IMG/VR virus record: IMGVR_UViG_2526164619_000013
Location: 1-4,911 of that record
Direction: 5' to 3' (one strand)
Source: a virus
Lineage: Duplodnaviria > Heunggongvirae > Uroviricota > Caudoviricetes
Length of the DNA stretch: 4,911 nt
Shown here: positions 1 through 4,911 of the stretch, one piece after another
Numbering within the stretch: the stretch's first letter is position 1
Layout: every line of letters begins with the position of its first letter
The notes under the pieces: generated by a model
What the model was told of the DNA's origin: nothing
What the model saw: the letters and a program-made list of their open reading frames with translations, nothing else
The model's database searches: none
Program-made: the position numbers and the translations under genes

Positions 1-158
1 TCACCAGTCAAAACTTTTCACCAGCGTCAGCTCGCCAGCATTACGCATCGGTACAATAAATGTTTCCTGTTTCTCATTGACCGATCCTTCATCGGTGATC
101 AGCGTCAGTTGGGCGGTGGTTAATTCCATTTCGCTGCGCCCACCATAGTAGTTGATAT
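1..158 (-). pseudogene. 3' fragment (about 52 codons plus stop) of an unidentified gene whose 5' part is replaced by the IS911-like element
   Basis: The minus-strand frame is open from the IS boundary at 158 to a TGA stop at 3..1 (plus-strand tca), giving ...NINYYGGRSEMELTTAQLTLITDEGSVNEKQETFIVPMRNAGELTLVKSFDW*. The ORF-track entry 1..237 is a read-through that begins inside the IS inverted repeat. The sequence looks protein-like, but I cannot assign a family. Confidence 0.35.
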
Positions 159-1365
<1,207 letters not shown>

Positions 1366-1370
1366 ATCAC

Positions 1371-1406
1371 CTCTGTTCAGGTGGCCAAATTCAGTGTGCC
1401 ACTTCA
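1371..1406. repeat. IS911-like left terminal inverted repeat (IRL)
   Basis: Reverse complement reads TGAAGTGGCACACTGAATTTGGCCACCTGAACAGAG, the partner of 159..194. It is immediately followed (minus-strand sense) by GAGGTGAT-ATG. Confidence 0.85.
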
Positions 1407-1666
1407 GTGTGGCTGAAGCTGAAGTGCGACCGCTGATTGGCGATGTGGTGGCGATGGACTGCGCCGAAGATGTTTACCGTACCGCGCTGGAACAGACGGG
1501 GATCGATATCCAGGGTATTCACCCCGGTGCGTACCGCAGCATGGTGAAGTTTGCCGTTGAGCAGAAGCAGACGGCCAAATCCTCTCCCCGTGTGGCGATG
1601 GATCAGGCCAGCGCATCGACGTTTGCGGCAGATTTCCCCGGTGCAAAACTGAAACGAGGTTACTGA
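1407..1666 (+). pseudogene. 5'-truncated phage gene (C-terminal about 86 codons), possibly the scaffold/protease gene that precedes the head genes; truncated by the IS911-like element
   Basis: The frame is open from the IS boundary to TGA at 1664..1666 (...[85 protein letters not shown]). Its stop lies 1 nt before the next ATG, and the RBS of the next gene (GAGG 1656..1659) is embedded in its 3' end, so it is the upstream member of the operon. The track ORF 1334..1666 begins with a TTG inside the IS and is an artefact. The function is inferred from position only. Confidence 0.55.
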
Positions 1667-1667
1667 T

Positions 1668-2150
1668 ATGAATACTTTTCAGACACACATGAACCAGTAC
1701 CCGGCACCGGGTATTCCGGGGGCGTTTGCCAGTGCTAACCCTCATGCCTCGTATGTGGCGGGAGATGGCGGGCTGATTACCGGCCCTGACGGGCTGGTAA
1801 TTGCCCGGTTTGCCTGGGTAACCAAAGGTGTTGCCGCTAATAAGGGGGCCGGCGCACCGGCGGGTTTTGTTCCTCGTGACGGGCAGGCTTCCATTGTGGA
1901 ATGGCTGGCCGGGGACTCGAACACCATTTATCCGGGGCGTGAATGCACCCTGATGGTGTCGGGGGATTTCTGGGCGCTGACCACCACTACTGCGACGATC
2001 GGGCAGAAAGTATTTGCCTCACTGGCCACCGGGGAGATAGCCACGGGGGCGGCTGGCACCTCGATGGCGGGGTTTGTCGAAACCTGGTTTTCCGTTGCCA
2101 GCGCTGCGGCGGCAAAAGAAGTCATTAAGATCAGTACCTGGAGCAAATAA
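1668..2150 (+). CDS. Phage head-module protein, 160 aa (possible decoration or minor head structural protein)
   Basis: ATG at 1668 with GAGG 8 nt upstream. It is Gly/Ala/Thr-rich and its stop overlaps the next start (TAATG at 2148..2152). It sits immediately upstream of the putative major capsid gene, as a decoration gene does in lambda-like head modules. The functional assignment is inference from synteny and composition. Confidence 0.75.
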   Translation: MNTFQTHMNQYPAPGIPGAFASANPHASYVAGDGGLITGPDGLVIARFAWVTKGVAANKGAGAPAGFVPRDGQASIVEWLAGDSNTIYPGRECTLMVSGDFWALTTTTATIGQKVFASLATGEIATGAAGTSMAGFVETWFSVASAAAAKEVIKISTWSK

Positions 2151-3178
2151 TGAATAAATTTAAACAGCATTATGCGACGGCAAGTCGTGACTACGGGATT
2201 ATTCTTCCCGGAGCACAGGCTTATTTGCCGAAGGAGTACGCCGCCGATTACGGACTTGCGATGGACGCGCAGCCTGCGCTGGTCACAGCGGCTAACAGCG
2301 GTATCCCTGCGTATTTCACCAATTACGTTGAGCCAGAACTGATCCGCGTGCTGGTGACGCCGATGAAAGCCGCTCAGATTCTGGGCGAAACCAAAAAAGG
2401 TGACTGGACGACACTGTCGGCACAATTCCCGATTGCAGAATCTGACGGGGAGGTGAGTTCCTACGGGGATTACAGCAACAACGGGGTGGTAAGCGTAAAC
2501 GTCAACTGGGTACCGCGCCAGAGCTATCACTTCCAGACCTTCACCGTATGGGGCGAACGTGAGCTGGAGATGTACGGCGCAGCCCGTATTGGCTGGGCGG
2601 CAGAGCTGAACGTGGCGTCAGCACTGACGCTGAATAAGTTCCAGAATAAGTCCTATTTCTACGGTATTGCCGGACTGACGAACTACGGTTTGCTGAATGA
2701 TCCGTCGTTATCTGCACCAATCACCCCGGATACCGTTGACGGTAAACTGAAGTGGGACGACAAGGACGGACAGGGCGTGTATGACGATATCGTGAAACTC
2801 TTTAAGCAACTGGTGAAACAGACTAACGGCCATATTGAGCGTACCGACAAAATGAAACTGTGCATGTCGCCGCTGGCAGAGGTGAACCTCACCAAAACAA
2901 ACCAGTACAGGGTTAACGTGTCCGATCTGCTGGCGAAAAATTTCCCGGCGATGACCATTGAAACGGCGGTGGAATACACCTCTGACGCTGGCGAGCTGGT
3001 ACAGCTTATCGCGGAGCGTCTGGGTGAACAGGATACAGGCTATTGCGCTTTCACTGAAAAAATGCGCGCCCATGCGGTAGTGGCAGATACGTCTTCCTGG
3101 AAACAGAAAAAATCCGCTGGTACCTGGGGGGCGATTATTCGCCAGCCGCTGGCGTATGCACAAATGCTGGGGGTGTGA
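2150..3178 (+). CDS. Putative phage major capsid protein, 342 aa
   Basis: ATG at 2150 overlaps the upstream stop, with GGAG at 2140..2143. It is the largest ORF of the cassette and sits where the major capsid gene sits in lambda-like head modules (about 340 aa expected). It has no obvious similarity by eye to lambda E, HK97 gp5, P2 gpN or T7 gp10, so family membership is unassigned. Confidence 0.8.
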   Translation: MNKFKQHYATASRDYGIILPGAQAYLPKEYAADYGLAMDAQPALVTAANSGIPAYFTNYVEPELIRVLVTPMKAAQILGETKKGDWTTLSAQFPIAESDGEVSSYGDYSNNGVVSVNVNWVPRQSYHFQTFTVWGERELEMYGAARIGWAAELNVASALTLNKFQNKSYFYGIAGLTNYGLLNDPSLSAPITPDTVDGKLKWDDKDGQGVYDDIVKLFKQLVKQTNGHIERTDKMKLCMSPLAEVNLTKTNQYRVNVSDLLAKNFPAMTIETAVEYTSDAGELVQLIAERLGEQDTGYCAFTEKMRAHAVVADTSSWKQKKSAGTWGAIIRQPLAYAQMLGV

Positions 3179-3181
3179 GTT

Positions 3182-3529
3182 ATGGCTGAAATGGTAACAG
3201 TGGGCTGCAAACTGCCGAACGGTCTGGTGCTGGAAGTGGGTCAGAAACGGGTTCAGGTGGCAGGCTGGCGGAATAATGCGGTTAAAATTGTGGGGGGCTA
3301 TGGTCTGACGCAGGTCGATAAGGTGTTTTTTGACGCCTGGCTGGCGGAGCACGGACAGCAACCTTATGTGAAAAATGGCGTTATTTTTGCGCAGGATAAG
3401 GCGAACAGTGCAGTCTCGCAGGCTACGGAGCAGAAAGCCGTTAAATCCGGCCTTGAACCGCTGCCGCAGAAAAATCCGGCTCCGGGCGTTAACCGCAATG
3501 ATGAAGTGATGGGTAAACCTCAGGAGTAA
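3182..3529 (+). CDS. Phage head-module protein, 115 aa (possible head-tail joining or DNA-packaging accessory protein)
   Basis: ATG at 3182 lies 3 nt after the capsid stop, with a G-rich SD (GGGGGTG 3169..3175). It continues the co-oriented coupled operon. Function unknown. Confidence 0.75.
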   Translation: MAEMVTVGCKLPNGLVLEVGQKRVQVAGWRNNAVKIVGGYGLTQVDKVFFDAWLAEHGQQPYVKNGVIFAQDKANSAVSQATEQKAVKSGLEPLPQKNPAPGVNRNDEVMGKPQE

Positions 3530-3534
3530 ACGCT

Positions 3535-3990
3535 ATGGGTACGGTGACGTTTGACTGTCGGATGTTTGTCAGTCTGTACCCGGAGTTTTCCACGGTGACA
3601 CCGGAGCTACTGACGGCGGTGTTTAACCGGGCGACCGCGTTGTACCTGGATAACACGGACGACAGTCCGGTTACCGACCTGAAGGAGCGGGAACAGCTTC
3701 TGTTCCTGCTGGTTGCGCATCTGTGCGCATTGCGGGGGCTGGGAAACGGGAGAGACGGGCAGGCTGGTCTGGTGGGGCGTATCACCAGTGCGTCGGAAGG
3801 TTCTGTATCGGTATCGGTGGATAATAGCGGCAGTAATGATGCGTCGTGGTGGTATCTCCAGACCTCCTGGGGTGCTGACTACTGGCAGGCGACAGCGCCA
3901 TACCGCTCAATGCAGTATCATTCCGGGGGGGCACCTTCGCGATATCCGGGGCATTATTACCGGGGATACGGGAGGGGGCGTCGATGGTAA
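3535..3990 (+). CDS. Phage head-module protein, 151 aa, with a Gly/Arg/Tyr-rich C-terminal tail
   Basis: ATG at 3535 with AGGAG at 3522..3526 (8-nt spacing). The N-terminal about 75 aa look globular; the C-terminal about 75 aa are low complexity (…[82 protein letters not shown]). The stop at 3988..3990 overlaps the next gene's ATG at 3984. Confidence 0.7.
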   Translation: MGTVTFDCRMFVSLYPEFSTVTPELLTAVFNRATALYLDNTDDSPVTDLKEREQLLFLLVAHLCALRGLGNGRDGQAGLVGRITSASEGSVSVSVDNSGSNDASWWYLQTSWGADYWQATAPYRSMQYHSGGAPSRYPGHYYRGYGRGRRW

Positions 3991-4568
3991 ATAAAGTCAC
4001 AGGTGGCAAACAGTTCCGGCAGAAGCTGAAACAGGTTGCCGCGAACCTTTCATTGGGTAAAAAACTCAAAGTGGGTTTTCTTGAGGGAGCAACTTACCCT
4101 GACGGTACGTCAGTGGCTTATATTGCCGCAGTTCAGGAGTTTGGTGGAAGAGCGGTCATACCCGCCCGTGAGCAGACGCTCCACTTTCGCTATAACGAAA
4201 AAACGGGAGAAACCGGGCACCGCTTTGTCAAAGCCGGTAAAGGGAATTTTGTTCAGGATGTGGTTATTCCTGAGCACACGGTCACCATTCCCCCCCGTCC
4301 GTTCTTCCGTAAGATGATCGAACATAAAAGTCCCGAATGGGGCGAAAAAATGGCGACCTTATTACGGGCGAATGATTTTGATACTGCGACCGCTCTGGTG
4401 TGTATGGGAGAACATATCAAAGGGCAGTTGCAGATGTCTGTTCGCGACTGGGAAAGTCCGCCCAACGCTGCATCCACTGCCCGGCAAAAGGGTTTTAACA
4501 ACCCGCTTATTGAAACCGGACATATGATGGACAGCGTTGATTATTCTGTAGACGGGGGCAAAAAATGA
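3984..4568 (+). CDS. Phage head-module protein, 194 aa (possible head completion or head-tail connector protein)
   Basis: ATG at 3984 is preceded by GGGAGGGGG (3970..3978) and overlaps the upstream stop. Its TGA stop at 4566..4568 overlaps the next ATG (ATGA). The position corresponds to head-completion genes in lambda-like head modules. Function is inferred only. Confidence 0.78.
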   Translation: MVNKVTGGKQFRQKLKQVAANLSLGKKLKVGFLEGATYPDGTSVAYIAAVQEFGGRAVIPAREQTLHFRYNEKTGETGHRFVKAGKGNFVQDVVIPEHTVTIPPRPFFRKMIEHKSPEWGEKMATLLRANDFDTATALVCMGEHIKGQLQMSVRDWESPPNAASTARQKGFNNPLIETGHMMDSVDYSVDGGKK

Positions 4569-4602
4569 ACTTTCACGGTATTGTTTCCGGCGCAGTACGT
4601 CG
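4565..4602 (+). pseudogene. Next operon gene, truncated after about 12 codons ([12 protein letters not shown]) by the IS1 insertion
   Basis: ATG at 4565..4567 overlaps the upstream TGA (ATGA coupling). The reading frame runs directly into the IS1 terminal inverted repeat at 4603 and then hits a stop inside IS1. Confidence 0.5.
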
Positions 4603-4625
4603 GGTAATGACTCCAACTTACTGAT
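4603..4625. repeat. IS1 terminal inverted repeat (insB-proximal end)
   Basis: The 23-bp GGTAATGACTCCAACTTACTGAT has the characteristic IS1 end. The insB stop codon (4620..4618) lies within it. Confidence 0.85.
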
Positions 4626-4911
4626 AGTGTTTTATGTTCAGATAATGCCCGATGACCTTGTCATGCAGCTCCACCGATTTTGAGAACGACAGTGACTTCC
4701 GTCCCAGCCTTGCCAGATGTTGTCTCAGATTCAGATTATGTCGCTCAATGCGCTGAGTGTAACGCTTGCTGATAACGTGCAGCTTTCCCTTCAGGCGTGA
4801 TTCATACAGCGGCCAGCCATCCGTCATCCATACCACGACCTCAAAGGCCGACAGCAGGCTCAGAAGACGCTCCAGTGTGGCCAGAGTGCGTTCACCGAAG
4901 ACGTGCGCCAC
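4618..4911 (-). CDS. insB: IS1 transposase InsB, C-terminal 97 codons (N-terminus beyond the window edge)
   Basis: Translation (V)[96 protein letters not shown] is near-identical to the IS1 InsB C-terminus, with a handful of substitutions relative to the E. coli K-12 IS1 sequence as I recall it. The leading M in the ORF track is an edge artefact. Confidence 0.9.
   Translation of the reverse strand: MAHVFGERTLATLERLLSLLSAFEVVVWMTDGWPLYESRLKGKLHVISKRYTQRIERHNLNLRQHLARLGRKSLSFSKSVELHDKVIGHYLNIKHYQ

Larger units (their letters stand above)
4603..4911 (-). mobile_element. IS1 (IS1 family), partial: right-end 309 bp, with the element continuing beyond the window
   Basis: The terminal sequence GGTAATGACTCCAACTTACTGATAGTGTTTTATGTTCAGATAATGCCCGATGAC matches the IS1 inverted-repeat end as I recall it. 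The minus strand encodes the C-terminal part of InsB ending ...[32 protein letters not shown]. Confidence 0.92.

Noticed and set aside
1404-1927. Minus-strand ORFs 1404..1745 and 1742..1927
   Set aside because: They are antisense to the truncated gene and the 160-aa gene. They are Arg/Pro/Ser-rich and lack start signals.
1928-2530. 200-aa minus-strand ORF antisense to the 160-aa gene and the capsid gene
   Set aside because: It lies entirely opposite two plus-strand genes that have good SD sequences and translational coupling. It is Cys/His/Arg-rich with no RBS, typical of a spurious antisense frame in GC-rich coding DNA.
2708-3361. 217-aa minus-strand ORF (and the nested 98-aa ORF at 2683..2979) antisense to the capsid gene
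   Set aside because: Same reasoning: a shadow ORF opposite a well-supported gene, with His/Cys/Arg-biased composition and no plausible start context.
3713-4317. Plus-strand alternative-frame ORFs 3713..3994 and 4036..4317
   Set aside because: They are out-of-frame overlaps of the 151-aa and 194-aa genes, with Arg/Gly-rich composition and no independent RBS. I kept only the note that the G7 run could confuse the frame (see findings).
3489-4616. Minus-strand ORFs 3489..3785, 3782..4069, 4110..4325, 4253..4501 and 4362..4616
   Set aside because: All are antisense to the coupled plus-strand operon, short, and without SD sequences. They are judged non-coding.

Overview
This 4.9 kb window is a mosaic of three parts. 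(1) Positions 159..1406 hold a complete IS3-family insertion sequence on the minus strand that I recognise as IS911-like: 36-bp imperfect terminal inverted repeats, orfA, orfB, and an intact A-AAA-AAG -1 frameshift cassette. (2) Positions 1407..4602 hold a plus-strand, tightly packed, translationally coupled operon of five intact ORFs plus a 5'-truncated gene at its start and a 3'-truncated gene at its end. By gene order and sizes (about 160 / 342 / 115 / 151 / 194 aa) it looks like the head-morphogenesis module of a tailed phage, but I cannot assign any of the proteins to a named family by eye. (3) Positions 4603..4911 hold the right end of an IS1 element on the minus strand, with the C-terminal 97 codons of insB, running off the window. 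A further 3' gene fragment of unknown identity lies at 1..158 on the minus strand. Two different IS types imply an Escherichia/Shigella-type replicon (inference). I see no rRNA, tRNA, CRISPR array, or recognisable defence or toxin system. The most interesting feature is structural: an orphaned but internally intact phage head cassette bracketed by two different IS elements, each of which has cut off a neighbouring gene. All protein identifications are from memory and pattern recognition only; no database search was run.
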